Positions 25,201 through 37,344 of a stretch of 64,000 nucleotides of DNA are shown here, piece after piece (positions within the stretch are counted from its first letter, which is position 1; every line of letters starts with the position of its first letter). Source of the DNA: Eledone cirrhosa (taxonomy: Eukaryota); assembly GCA_964016885.1 (NCBI GenBank), contig OZ024741.1:257610001-257674000 (forward strand), written 5' to 3'. Below the pieces are notes generated by a model. It worked only from the letters and a program-made list of their open reading frames with translations. It did not search any database and had not been told where the DNA came from. A program made the translations under genes and the position numbers.

Positions 25201-25891
25201 GAAAGGCTAAGGGTTGTTGGCAGTTTTGTATATCTTGGAAGCACTCTGGGTATGTACTGCGATCTTGATGGGGAAATATCAAACAGGATACAGAAAACCA
25301 GTGATGCTTTTGGATAACTGAACAAGCGTCTCTGGTCTCAACACGGAATTTCGGTAAAGACAAAGCTCAAAGTGCATCATGCGTGTGTGCTCGCGGCACT
25401 TCTTTATGCTTGTGAGACGTGGGTGGTCTACCGTAGGCAGATGAAGTGACTTGAGAAGTTCCACCAGTACTGCTTACGTCGGATCCTCGGCATAACTTGG
25501 CAAATGTTTGTCAGTGACGTCGAGGTTCTGGTCAGAAGTGGCTGTGATAGTTTCGAGTCCTTGATTTTGAAACATCAGCTGCGCTGGACAGGCCATCTTG
25601 TAAAGATGAATGACAAGCGAATGCCGAAGCAGCTGCTTTATGGCGAGCTCTAAATGGCAAAAAGGAACGCGATCAAACCCAAGATGCGTTTTAAGGACTG
25701 CAACAAGGGGGCGCTCAAGAAAAGTAACATCCCTTATGAGCACTGGGAAGCATGCGCTAGCGACCGTCGCATTGGAGGAAAGCAGTAGCTAGTGGCAAGT
25801 GTCTATTTGAGGAAACAAGAAGGCACGCGACACTAAAAAGAGATTTCCGGAAAGGAATCCATGTTGGCCTTCCCGAAGGCACTTACAGACG
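22256..25891 (+). mobile_element. Near full-length RTE-BovB-like LINE, pseudogenised
   Basis: LNFGCWNVRTLLD, ILGDFNARVG, MHPGSKLWHLIDY, KSPGLDG, NYRGISLLSVVGK, FVDLTKAFDTV, GVKQGDIPAPTLF, LLYADD, QLRWTGH. Many frameshifts. Confidence 0.93.
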
Positions 25892-26312
25892 TATATTTAA
25901 GTAACAGCTTATATTTAAGTAACAGCCGTACTAAGAGTGAGAAAGGAAACTTCGTTTCATTCTTTTCCGTTTATATATATACATAAAAGTATGTTTGTGT
26001 TTATGCATCTGTTCGTACGTGTAGTGTGATTGTGCAATTGGGTAAGCATGACTGTGCATACAAGTCTATTTATTTTTATGTATGTGTGTACGAATGCAAG
26101 GCTTTTCTTAACTTAGTGCAAGACCTTTTATCACTTAAAAAAGCTTCAAATACAAGCATCTCTTGATCTAAACATGTTTTACAAGTGTTGTCTGAGTATG
26201 GTTGGTCGTAGTTGAAAAAGAGTTGTTTCATTGTTTGTTTGTTCTATCCATGTGGGAGGGTATAAAATGATGGTATTTCTTGATATCGATATGCAGCCAT
26301 TATATATGAATG

Positions 26313-26700
26313 TGTAGTGAATACATTCGCAAAGGCTCAGTGATATCACTTCCGTCCAAGTGTGAGGATGTGAATACTTAAATTGAACATATCAGTTACT
26401 GCTAGATTTCTAGCAACTCAGGACACCACTGCTGACACATTTCATATGCTGCAACATGGCATTATTGTTATACGAAGCAAAGACTTTTTACTTCAATGTG
26501 AGTAACTAAAAGCTAATATTTGCAACTCTCATAGACTTGAACGTTATTTCTCACTGACTTGCTCACATACACCTTTGTCACATATTCTGCATTAGTCATA
26601 CTTGTCACATGACTTGATAAATTCTTATGTTTGTTTTCAATCAAAACCCCTTCTGATTTCTTATACACCTTTTTATTTCACTGCTGACCGCCTTGCTACA
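26313..26700 (+). mobile_element. 5' LTR of a Ty3/Gypsy element followed by a PBS-like sequence
   Basis: TGTAG..CTACA termini, then at-TGGTGAC, with gag downstream. No second LTR was found. Confidence 0.6.
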
Positions 26701-27129
26701 ATTGGTGACTCAACATGGAATATTCCTGTTGGAAATATTCCTCAAATAACTAAATAAAGAGTAACAAGACGCAAAGCACTACACACCACGCAAACAAAAA
26801 AGAAAAAAGAGACACAGGATAAACAATGCTCGAACACTTCCCTATTGCTAAACACAAAAGGCAAAACGGCACGTTGCTATGTTTTCATTGGAACCATAGG
26901 GTTGAATTTTTGTTGATTTTCAACATTTCATTGTGTCTTCTTCACTTTGGCTCGGTAGCATACCACGCATGTGTGTTGGCGCCATTTGCCTCGTTTTGAT
27001 GTGCTTTTCTACCGCTCATAATATATATCTAGGAGTCACGAGGGATTAATGCCATTTTTGTTGCCAGGCCAAATATTTTCCTCCTTTAAGGTCTATACTC
27101 CCTATTTCTTTAGTTCATACTGCCCACAG

Positions 27130-27960
27130 TTATTTTACCAAGATTAACCCTTCATTGCTACCAGTGTTTTGTGGCGATGTTTGGCTTTGGTTCGCTCAAG
27201 TTGAGTCTTATTTCGTGGCGAATAGCATTGACTTGAAACAGCAACGTCTGCACATTTTGTTGAGTGCCATCCTTTCTGCGTTGGCCACTCAACTAAAGGA
27301 TCTCATCACAGACCCGCCGGCAGGGGCATCCTATGTTTCTATTAAGACTGAAATCCTTCATTGAAAAGTGCTTTAAAATGCTTGTTAAAGACGAGCATTT
27401 GGGACATAGGATGCCGTCCCAGTTTCTCCGCTGCATTTGTGAGGTAATGGAGGGATCTCCCGAGGGTAGCACCTTGATCAAGCAACTTTTTTTTCTCTCG
27501 TTTATCCTCTAACATACAGGCTACTCTGGCTGCAATGGTGGAAGTTAATTCTGTTGATCAGTTAGCTTCCTCAGCGGACAACATTTTGGAATATTCTGGT
27601 GACAAAGCCACAGACAGGATGGCTACTGTTTCTTCTTCTTCTTCTTCTTCTTCTTCTTCTCCTGCTACTGTAGCAGCCTCACATCTGCAGGATACAACAC
27701 AATCGGTGACACTACTGGCCATCCTGGACTTAATCAAGGGGGTTAAGAAATGATGTGCTTCACAGAGTGCTCCACGTCGGAGGCCACCCAGTTAGTCATT
27801 CTCGCCGAGGTGACGTCCTTTCTCTCCATCTTATTCTTCTTCTCGTTCAGGGTACCGTTGCTACCATTATCGTTTTGGTCAAGTCGCTCAGAAATGCAAC
27901 CCCCCATGTTCTTTTTCTCCCCAGGGAAACTCTTTAAAACAACCAAGAAATTAACGGTGT
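27130..27960 (+). pseudogene. Ty3/Gypsy gag remnant
   Basis: LWFAQVESYF..QLKDLITDPP..Y..IKTEIL, LGHRMPSQFLR, QLASSADNILE, with stops and frameshifts. Confidence 0.8.
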
Positions 27961-28386
27961 AAAACACATGAAACTATTGTGAGTGGTGGGTATTAAGTTC
28001 TCTCACTTCAGATATACAACATTAAGTCGGAGCAGAATATGTGTCTGTCAATGATAAGTTTGTCTCTTTAGTTCTTAGAGTTATCTTCTATGCTGTAAAG
28101 ACAGCAAAACGTAAACAAATGTATTTATTGTCACAGAATAAAACAAAGAATTATAGTGAAGAGAATATTGTTCAAAGTTAACCAGCAAATGTAATGTTGT
28201 TTTAATTCACTATATAATGTTTATGGATTAATACATTATATCAATGTAGTATAAGCAAACAAGGGAACCTCTAATTAGCCACACATCCTGTTAGAAATCG
28301 CAGCCAAACTCCCATCATGTTACGATTTAATTGGGACTAAACAACAAAAACAACAACAACAACAAAATATTTTAAACAATACTTAC

Positions 28387-28644
28387 GGTTAGATATTCGA
28401 TTATATATTCTCAGTTGGGATATAAGGTATGGCTTATCAAATGTCACCATCCAGTGAGGATTGTCCTCACTTTCAGTAGCTGCACATGAACCATGCACGT
28501 ATCCAGGATTATAATTACCATCAACTGCCTTGTTAGCTGTCATCAATGTTGTCATTGTTTTACATGTTCCGTTATTGTAGACTGTTGTGCCACTTCTTCC
28601 ATACACACTTGTTTGAGTTGCATCTTTACCTTGAGCAATATTAA
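28387..28644 (-). CDS. Host gene exon 6: N-terminal half of F-type lectin/F5-8C domain (258 nt, phase 1-1)
   Basis: ttccag acceptor and gtaagt donor; VNIAQGKDATQTSVY..ANKAVDGN..SCAATESEDNPHWMVTFDKPYLISQLRIYNR. Confidence 0.92.
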
Positions 28645-28699
28645 CTGGAAACAAAAGAAGTATTAAATCAATGTATGATATACACTTCATATTTTAACA

Positions 28700-29340
28700 G
28701 TGTTTCTTCTTTTTTGCCCACTTATTCCTGAGAAGGTTGTAGGTGCAGAGTCCTCAAACACTCATTCCACCAGGTCCTGTCAGAAGCAACCATCTCTCAC
28801 TGATCCGGCTGGATCCCAAGTGTGACCAGAACAAGCTCATGGATGTTATCCAACCATCTTGCTTGGGATCTACTCATAGGTCTCTTGACAGTTGGTTTTG
28901 CCCGTATATTCTATCCAGTGACTCTTTCCTGAGACATTCTAACCAAATGTCCATAGTATCGGAGCTGTGATCTCTCAATTCAGAGAAGTAGAGGCTCTAG
29001 CTGGAGTGATTCTTAAATTACTGCACCAATTCCCACAATTCTTGCACTTAATCCAGCCTCCTGCCTTCTATCACTCGTGAACATGGGCCCGAGATACTTG
29101 AACTGCTTCACCTGCTACAATGGAACTCCATTCACATGTAGAGTGCACTGCTTAGGCTTCCTTGAGACAAGTGTCTCATTTTTTGCAGTTCTAAATTTCA
29201 TTCCAGCCATGCATCACACGGCATCAAACCTATCAAGTAGAAGTCAGAGGTGACCATCTTTCGAGTTAAGCCGACTGATTTTACATCCGCCAGTCGTGAT
29301 ACCACTTCCAGCGTGACTGCGCATGTCAATCCTGTTCATT
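28700..29340 (-). mobile_element. Degenerate RTE-clade LINE 3' fragment
   Basis: Homologous to 36545-37340 (LHVNGVPL..VKQFKYLG). Confidence 0.7.
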
Positions 29341-29722
29341 TTTTAACAGTACAATATATTTTAATTAAGTCATATTTTTGAAACAATGACATGCTTATGT
29401 GGAACCCACTGTTAGTTCATGTTAATATAAATACAATAAACTACCTTAAAATACAGGAATTATGTATTATCTGAGAGTAACACCATTCTTTATAGGACAT
29501 GCCATTTATGACAATAATTTTATCATTTTAACTGAATATATATATACGAAAAAATGTGGATTAAATAACGTGAAACTGAATATTTAATCTTAACTTATTT
29601 GCCTCTATATTACATATCTCTGAATCTGTAGTGGTAAACATATTCCCTACTCAAATCGTGAATTTCTACATTTATCTATTTGAATAGATTTATCTGGGGG
29701 GAAAGAAGAAATATATTTTTAA

Positions 29723-29875
29723 CTAGCAGAATGGTTCAGCGTTGCTCGGGATTTGCTCTAGGGTTCTTATATATTTGATATATTTTTATCATTATCGAGC
29801 CTCGGGAAATAAATAGTTTGTTTATATTTTGTTATTGTGTATGCAAGCAAATATATCTGTACACGAATATATAAT

Positions 29876-29952
<77 letters not shown>

Positions 29953-30810
29953 ATATATATATATTAAAATAACAGATTAAAGTTTAAGCAAAGAATCGCT
30001 GCTTTCACCCTTAACGGGATCTTCTGAAACTAAAAAAAATCAACCTGTGAACGCAGAAGTAAATATTTCGAAAAACGTTATACACTATATATATATATAC
30101 ACACACACTATATATATACATATATACACACACACACACATATAGCGTAATAATGTCGTAATGCAGACAGTCAGACACACAGACAGATATTATAAGGGCG
30201 CAACGTTATATCTATGTATCTATCTAAAAAGAAAGACTAAGAATTATAGAGCGAGATCACTAAATCGGCTAATGCAGTCCCTAGGGCGTTGAAAATTTGA
30301 AATATTTTATGCTCAAAACACTCACAGGACTATAAGTATTACATGTGTAAAGTTTGAAAACAATCCGTTGGGTAGTTCTCGAGTGTTAAGGAGTCAGGCA
30401 GACAGACAGACTGACAGACATTCTCTGTTTTAGATATATAGACTAGCAGAATGGCCCGGCGTTGCTCGGGATTCTAAACATAGATTGGCATGTTTATCCC
30501 TCCTTTCTGAAACAGTACAGGGAAGTACGGAATACCTCGGCCTCGAGATGGCGTCTACATTTTGTGGTTATAAAAAAAATTCGTCGTAGATTACCATGTT
30601 TTTTTTCCGTGCGAAGAAAATCAATATTTTATCGCGAAATAAATACTTTTGTTTATATTTTGTAATTGTGTATGCAAATATATCTGTACACGAATATATA
30701 ATTATATATATATATATATATTAAAATAACAGATTAAAGTTTAAGCAAATAATCGCTGCTTTCACCCTTAACGGGATCTTCTGAAACTAAAAATATCAAT
30801 CTGTTTCAGA
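29723..30810 (-). mobile_element. Head-to-tail tandem of non-autonomous Helitrons
   Basis: Copy 1 spans 30442 (5'-TC) to 29723 (hairpin plus CTAG). The 3' CTAG of copy 2 at 30443-30446 abuts it directly. Internal segments are duplicated. Confidence 0.75.
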
Positions 30811-30812
30811 TG

Positions 30813-31001
30813 AATTGTTTCTACTTTTGGCACAAGGCCAGCAATTACCCAGTACATTACTGGTACTTTTATTTTATCGACCCCGTAAGGATGACAGGCA
30901 AAGTTAACCTCGGCGGGATTTGAACTCAGACCATAAAGGGACGTAACTATGCTGGAAAGCATGGCGTCCAACTCTCTACCGATACTGCCAATCCTCCACC
31001 T
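30813..31001 (-). mobile_element. tRNA-derived SINE
   Basis: Full-length reverse-complement homolog of 6308-6500. Confidence 0.85.
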
Positions 31002-31123
31002 TGTTTATATAATATATATGTTTATATAATAATAAATATGTATTCATATTATGTAGCCAAGATTTTATGACAATACTTGATTTAAAAAGAAATTCCCACA
31101 GCCACAAATTATTATGTACTCAC

Positions 31124-31267
31124 CATAAGTTTTATTTTCACATTTTTCTCCATACCATCCTTTTTCACAACCATCCTTACAAATTCCAGTTAGCTGATGA
31201 CATTTTTTCCAATTAGAACAATGGCATTTCTTGATGCAGTCTTTACCATATAAATAAGGTGGACATC
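31124..31267 (-). CDS. Host gene exon 5: EGF-like repeat (144 nt, phase 1-1)
   Basis: tttag acceptor and gtgagt donor; GCPPYLYGKDCIKKCHCSNWKKCHQLTGICKDGCEKGWYGEKCENKTY. Confidence 0.92.
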
Positions 31268-33015
31268 CTAAATTGATGATATGAAAGCAGTTTCTCCTTA
31301 AATGAGTATTTACATAAAATAACATCAATAACTGAAATGTTTTTTCAACATGTGTCTCCATTTATAGGCTATAAAAGTGTTGCAGTTTATTACATCTATG
31401 TTTTACATTCTTAAAAAGATAGTACTTCATACACTTATGAGAACCAACAAGTTAAACAACTAATATAATAGTGGAAACTAAGGAAGCTAGAGTAGTGAAA
31501 ATATTAAATGTTTCTCTTTTATATCTGAAAACACTGAAATCTGGAATCTTTAGGTGGATTATTCAATATAATTGTGTCAAAGAGAATTAGATCTTTTGTT
31601 AAGATTACATAATCATTATTATATTTCTATTTATCAGTAACATATTCTAAATGAATTTATGTAAGGGATTGAAGTGTGGTACACTGAGATCTTGAAGAGT
31701 GACTTCTACAGATGTGTTGAAAGAAAGGAGTCTTTTTGAAACCTACATTCCCCGAGATAAGATTTAGCTGAACCTTTATCAAATAAGATATCTACACTGT
31801 TGATATTGACAAGATAAACGTACATCAAATACATTCCATCTTCTAATAGATAAACTTAGTTTTTTGAAACCACTTGGATCAGTCACTCTGTGTACAGTTT
31901 ACACATAGTTTTATCGAGGATCCTTTCCTGAGTCCATCTTCTAACACCAAATCTCACTCTTAGTATATACCAATAAAACTATATTCTCAAAAAAGTTCCC
32001 ACCGTTGGATTATTAGAAATTCAAAAGTGTGGGTAACACAGGTTACTACATCAGTTGGCACATCACAACTGGCTCACCAACTATTGTCTCTTCCTCGTAA
32101 ACACAAAGTTTCATTGAGACTACACCGAGTCCGTCGAGGTCACACACTTTCAATCAGGCATGAAAATGAGAATTGCTATGACTTTCCGTGATTTCTTGTT
32201 TTTCTCCCTCAAAACAGATTTTTAAAAAAAATCATATCAACATTTTATAAAATTAATCTTAAATTCAATAGTTACTTCTATATCTATATCATTAATATCC
32301 TTGATTTCCCTTCAACATTAAACCTTTTGAAGGAATTCCTCAACATACATATGACTATTTACTCACATCTCAACAAAGCTTTTACTGGAATATGTCTTTA
32401 CACTTAGACTCATGTTGCTATTGGATCATCAAAGATTCTTACACTATAGCAAAATATTTTTGAACATCAGCAACACTGCTGAATCTTAGATTATATAACT
32501 GAAATAAATGAATAAACATCTATCAATCATACACTGATTATAAAGAACATTGGATGTCTTTCAACTAAAACTTCCAAGAAAGAAGAAATCAGTGATGGTT
32601 GTATTACTCTAATTTACTAGGAAGTAGTGTTCCTACATATCTTTCTAAAGAAACCACTCAATGACATCCATTGGATGACTTTTACACATAAGTGGACATG
32701 TTGGTAAGTAACCTCACATATAGATAAAGGTAATTTTCTATAGCACAAAAACTACAAACATTCACTCATCCCTATCAGCAGACAAACCTTTTGGCCTCTG
32801 CAGGAAAACAATAACTTTTCTAACACTATCTAGATCACAAATCAATCACACTTCAGCATAAATAACACATATTCGAATAATTGCTCCATTTGTCTTCATC
32901 TTGTATTTGTTCATCCTCTTCACTAAGAATACAACCTAAATCTAGAGTAGAACATCTCTTCTACTTCACAGAATCTACATTAGGAAAGATCTTCTGAAGT
33001 GAAATATCAACTTAC

Positions 33016-33159
33016 CATATAATTTAATACGATAAATAGGAGGTGCAGCATTTAGAATCAATTGATTAAAAGTTTGGTCACCAGTGCAAACAGTAACGTT
33101 ATTTACCAATTTTGGTTTGCATTCTATATTACGTGGAAAATTAATTTGAACTTTTGTAT
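33016..33159 (-). CDS. Host gene exon 4 (144 nt, phase 1-1), C-terminal part of a divergent beta-sandwich domain
   Basis: ttttctag acceptor and gtaagt donor; open frame DTKVQINFPRNIECKPKLVNNVTVCTGDQTFNQLILNAAPPIYRIKLY. Confidence 0.75.
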
Positions 33160-33269
33160 CTAGAAAAGAAGAGAATTTACATAATATGTCAGTAAATGGT
33201 GAGTTTAATTAAATATAAACTATACAAATAAGTATGATATATAGGGATATATTTAACATGTCATACAGT

Positions 33270-34577
33270 CACTACTGTTCTAATGTACTCACTATACTGT
33301 TGTACTAACTATTCTGTTGTACCCACTATTCTGTTGTACTCACTATTCTGTTGTACTCACTATATTGTTATACCCACTATTCTGTTGTACTCACTATTCT
33401 GTTGTACTCACTATACTGTTATACCCACTATACTGTTGTACTAACTATTCTGTTGTACCCAATATTCTGTTGTACTCACTATTCTGTTGTACTCACTATA
33501 CTGTTATACCCACTATTCTGTTGTACTCACTATTCTGTTGTACCCACTATTCTAATGTACCCATTATTCTAATGTACTCACTATACTGTTGTACTCACTA
33601 TTCTGTTGTACTCACTATTCTGTTGTACTCACTATACTGTTATACCCACTATTCTGTTGTACTCCCTATACTGTTCTACTAACTATTCTGTTGTACTCAC
33701 TATTCTGTTGTACTCACTATTCTGTTGTACCCACTATTCTAATGTACCCATTATTCTAATGTACTCACTATACTGTTATACCCACTATTCTGTTGTATTC
33801 ACTATCGTGTTGTACTCACTATTCAAATGTACTCATTATGCTAATGTACTCACTATTATGTTGTACTCACTATACTGTTATACCCACTATTCTGTTGTAC
33901 TCACTATAATGTTGTACTCACTATTATGTTGTACTCACTATGCTAACGTACTCACTATTCTGTTGTACTCACTATCCTGTTGTACTCACTAGTCAAATGT
34001 ACTCACTATGCTAATGTACTCACTGTTATGTTGTACTCACTATTCTGTTGTACCCACTATTCTGTTGTACTCACTATTCTGTTGTACTCACTATTCTAAT
34101 GTACTCACTATTCTGTTGTACTCACTATTCTGTTGTACTCACTATTTTGTTGTACTCACTATACTGTTATAACCACTATTCTGTTGTACTCACTATTCTG
34201 TTGTACTCACTATCGTGTTGTACTCACTATTCAAATGTACTCACTATTCTGCTGTACTCACTAATCTGTTGAACTCACTATACTAATGTACTCACTATAC
34301 TGTTGTACCCACTATTCTGTTATACTCACTATACTGTTATACCCTCTATTCTGTTGTACTCACTATTCTGTTGTACTCACTATACTGTTATACCCACTAT
34401 TCTGTTGTACTCACTATTCTGTTGTACTCACTATACTGTTGTACTCACTATACTGTTGTACCCACTATTCTGTTATACTCACTATACTGTTATACCCACT
34501 ATTCTGTTGTACTCACTATTCTGTTGTACTCACTATACTGTTATACCCACTATTCTGTTGTACTCACTATTCTATTG
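33270..34577. repeat. 17-bp minisatellite (actattctgttgtactc)n, roughly 75 copies
   Basis: Direct reading of tandem units. Confidence 0.95.
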
Positions 34578-35401
34578 AGTCCTCCTAAACACACAATGCC
34601 ATCATGTCTGTAAACCAGATAGATATTCTAAACTAGTGATCGCCCAAAATTTTAGGCCATCGACCCCTTTATGGAATCCCTTATAAGGCATATATAAAAC
34701 AAATAAGTAAATACATAAATCAATAAAAAGATTATAAAATATACACTAAATATTAGTTCTATATAAATGAGAAATGTGTATAAGAAAGTTTTGTTTTATT
34801 GTATTGTTTTATATATTATCATTTCTTCTACATTTATCAAATATTGAACAAAAGGTTCAGTTGTATATGTTGGTGGTCCAGTTGTCCCCTGGGGTAGATA
34901 TCGACCACAGAGATGACCCCCTGTGATAAACAATGTGTGATTGAGAGAATATCAAAGAAAGAAAGCTCACCACTTTTACTGCAATTCCTGTATTATTCAA
35001 ATTATTTAACAGAATTCTCTGACCTTACCCTCTCACCATTAACATATGTCTATTAATTGTTCCCAATTTTCTGTTAATATCTATAATACTATCTCAATGT
35101 TTTCAGAGATAGTTTCAGGTATAGCAATAATTATTAATTTTCTAATATACTTTAATAATGTTGTTCAATGAAATTGAACCAATATATTGATATTTTCTTA
35201 AATAGATATTATATTAATCATAAAACGATTGATATATAAAACACATTTGTAAAACCAATTCAAAATTATCATTAAAAAAGATATTATAACCACTATTATC
35301 ATTATTACTGTTATTATATGTACAACCACAAACAACAATAAATCTTGGCATTTTTTTTTAGAAATATAAAATAATAAATAATGTCAAAGATTGTTTCTCA
35401 C

Positions 35402-35548
35402 CAGTAATACTGTAAATCTCTATAGTATTAATTCTGTATTTATTTCTAAAAGTTATGTATATGTATTGCGCTTTTGCCGCTGTGTTGTCATTTAAAAATA
35501 ATTCAGAATATTTGTTCCTCTCATGACTTATAAATTCATGGTATTTCC
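35402..35548 (-). CDS. Host gene exon 3 (147 nt, phase 1-1)
   Basis: catacag acceptor and gtgag donor; open frame WKYHEFISHERNKYSELFLNDNTAAKAQYIYITFRNKYRINTIEIYSIT. Confidence 0.72.
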
Positions 35549-35817
35549 CTGTATGTACGAAAATAATATTAGATTCTTAAATTAAGGAGGAAATAGGTAA
35601 AAAAGCAGACATTAATAAACGAAGGTAATAATTCGAGTGAGGAATATTATATTTTAGCAAATAATAACAAATACTTTTATTTGAATAAAACAAAATATAA
35701 TTATTAAAATATAGACTTATTCATCGGGTTATGGAAGCAGTTTAATGATCTTCTAAAATGTTATATTTGATAATGGTACACCTTGTATTAGTTCTGACAC
35801 TAGACTAAGGCACTTAC

Positions 35818-35883
35818 ATGTTTCAATATACCTGGAAACATCTTGGCTGTAAGAGATGAAATAATAATTATCAAATTTTCTAT
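35818..35883 (-). CDS. Host gene exon 2 (66 nt, phase 1-1)
   Basis: gtttcag acceptor and gtaagt donor; NRKFDNYYFISYSQDVSRYIET. Confidence 0.62.
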
Positions 35884-36374
35884 CTGAAACAAAAATACAA
35901 ACAATCCCTTTACAAACGTGTGATAGTTGCTTTGTGAGATTCTCAGATGTTTCAATGAGACAAACTGTGCCTTGCAAACGGTGGACACCTGTTAATCGTT
36001 GGGTAAAGCTGGAGATGACATAGCCTGAGTGCATGTTTGCACATCATCAGCCAAGACATGCCCAGTTCTCCACTCAGCAGGTGTTGGCAGCAAATGGAAC
36101 CCCTGATTATTGGTATGCACCTCTTCCACAAAACCTAAATAGTAAACACTGCAGTGCAGTCAAACGTGGACCAGGACAAGTCAAGATGGTCAGTTGGTAG
36201 TAGAATGGCTGCAATGTACTTGTTCAACACCTTTGCTTAAGCTTTCAGAAATAGCTTCCTCTCAATAGTAATAACTGTCCTAGGTGTTGGGAAGGCACTT
36301 GGCAAGAAATGGAAACATCTGGAAGAAACAGAAAGAAGAAAAAAGACCCACAAAAAAAATAATTTAGGGTCGGG

Positions 36375-36495
36375 AATACTCGATCACAGTACTTGACTGG
36401 TGTATTCTTTTATGAAACTCTGGAGGAGAAAATTGAACTTTGATCTCAGTGGGATTTGAATTCATGAGATAAATCGGTGGAAGAAATACCGAAAG
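36375..36495 (-). mobile_element. Old SINE fragment
   Basis: cagtacttgactgg..gggatttgaattc resembles the SINE body and B box. Confidence 0.45.
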
Positions 36496-36544
36496 ATAAA
36501 AACAATTTCCTATTAAATGTTTAATTCTGAACAAGACCAATTAT

Positions 36545-37340
36545 TTTCATGAACAAGATTCACATTTACAGCCGGGTTGGAAGTGGTATCATGACTGGTA
36601 GGTGTCAAATCAGTCGGCGGAAATTTGGAGATAGGGTGTTACTTAACTCGACAGATGGTGATTTCTGACTTGATAAGTTTGATATCGAGTACTGCATACC
36701 TAGAATGAAAATCAGTGTTTCAAAAACTGAGACACTCGTCGTCTCAAGGAAGCCAGTGCAGTGCATTCTACATGTGAATGGAGTTCCACTGAAGCAGATG
36801 AACTTAAATATCTTCGTGCTGTGTTTACAAGTGAAGGAAGGCAGGGGACTGAATTATGTGCAAGAATTGCAGAAGCTGGTGCAGTAATGCACCAGCTTCA
36901 ACATTCGGTAATCAGATGAAGGGAGGTAGGTGTAAAAGCCAAACTTGCTATCTTCAATTTAGTATTCATGCCAACCCTTACCTATGGTGATGAATCTTTG
37001 GTTATGACCGAAAGAATACGATCGTGATTACAAGAGACTGAAATGGGGTTCCTCCGAAGTGTCATAGGAGTAACATTAATCAAGAGAGTGTGTAGGTTGG
37101 AGATCAGAGAGTCACTTCAGGTAGAGCTGAATACTTCTCCAAATTGAGAGATCACAGCTCCAATACTATGCGTTTGTGGTTAGAATGTCTCAGGAAAGAA
37201 TCGCTGGACAGATTTTACAGGAGAAATAAGCCAGCGGGATACCCAGGGGTAGTTGGTCTCACTTGGAGATCAAGCCGGATCAGTTGGCATCGTTTGCTTC
37301 TAACAGTACCAGCTGGAAGGAGTGTTTGTGTATTCTTCCC
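36545..37340 (+). mobile_element. Degenerate RTE-clade LINE 3' fragment
   Basis: MKISVSKTETLVVSRKPVQCILHVNGVPLKQ, PTLTYGDESLVMTERIRS, EMGFLR. Confidence 0.75.
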
Positions 37341-37344
37341 CCAC

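Noticed and set aside
32367-32498. Segment with good minus-strand splice signals (ttcag..gtgagt)
   Set aside because: Stops in all three frames; not a coding exon, though a poison exon cannot be excluded.
33317-34613. Cys/Tyr-rich ORFs
   Set aside because: Products of the 17-bp minisatellite cycling through frames.
34630-34925. Possible hAT-type MITE
   Set aside because: Terminal inverted repeats and TSD too degenerate to support.
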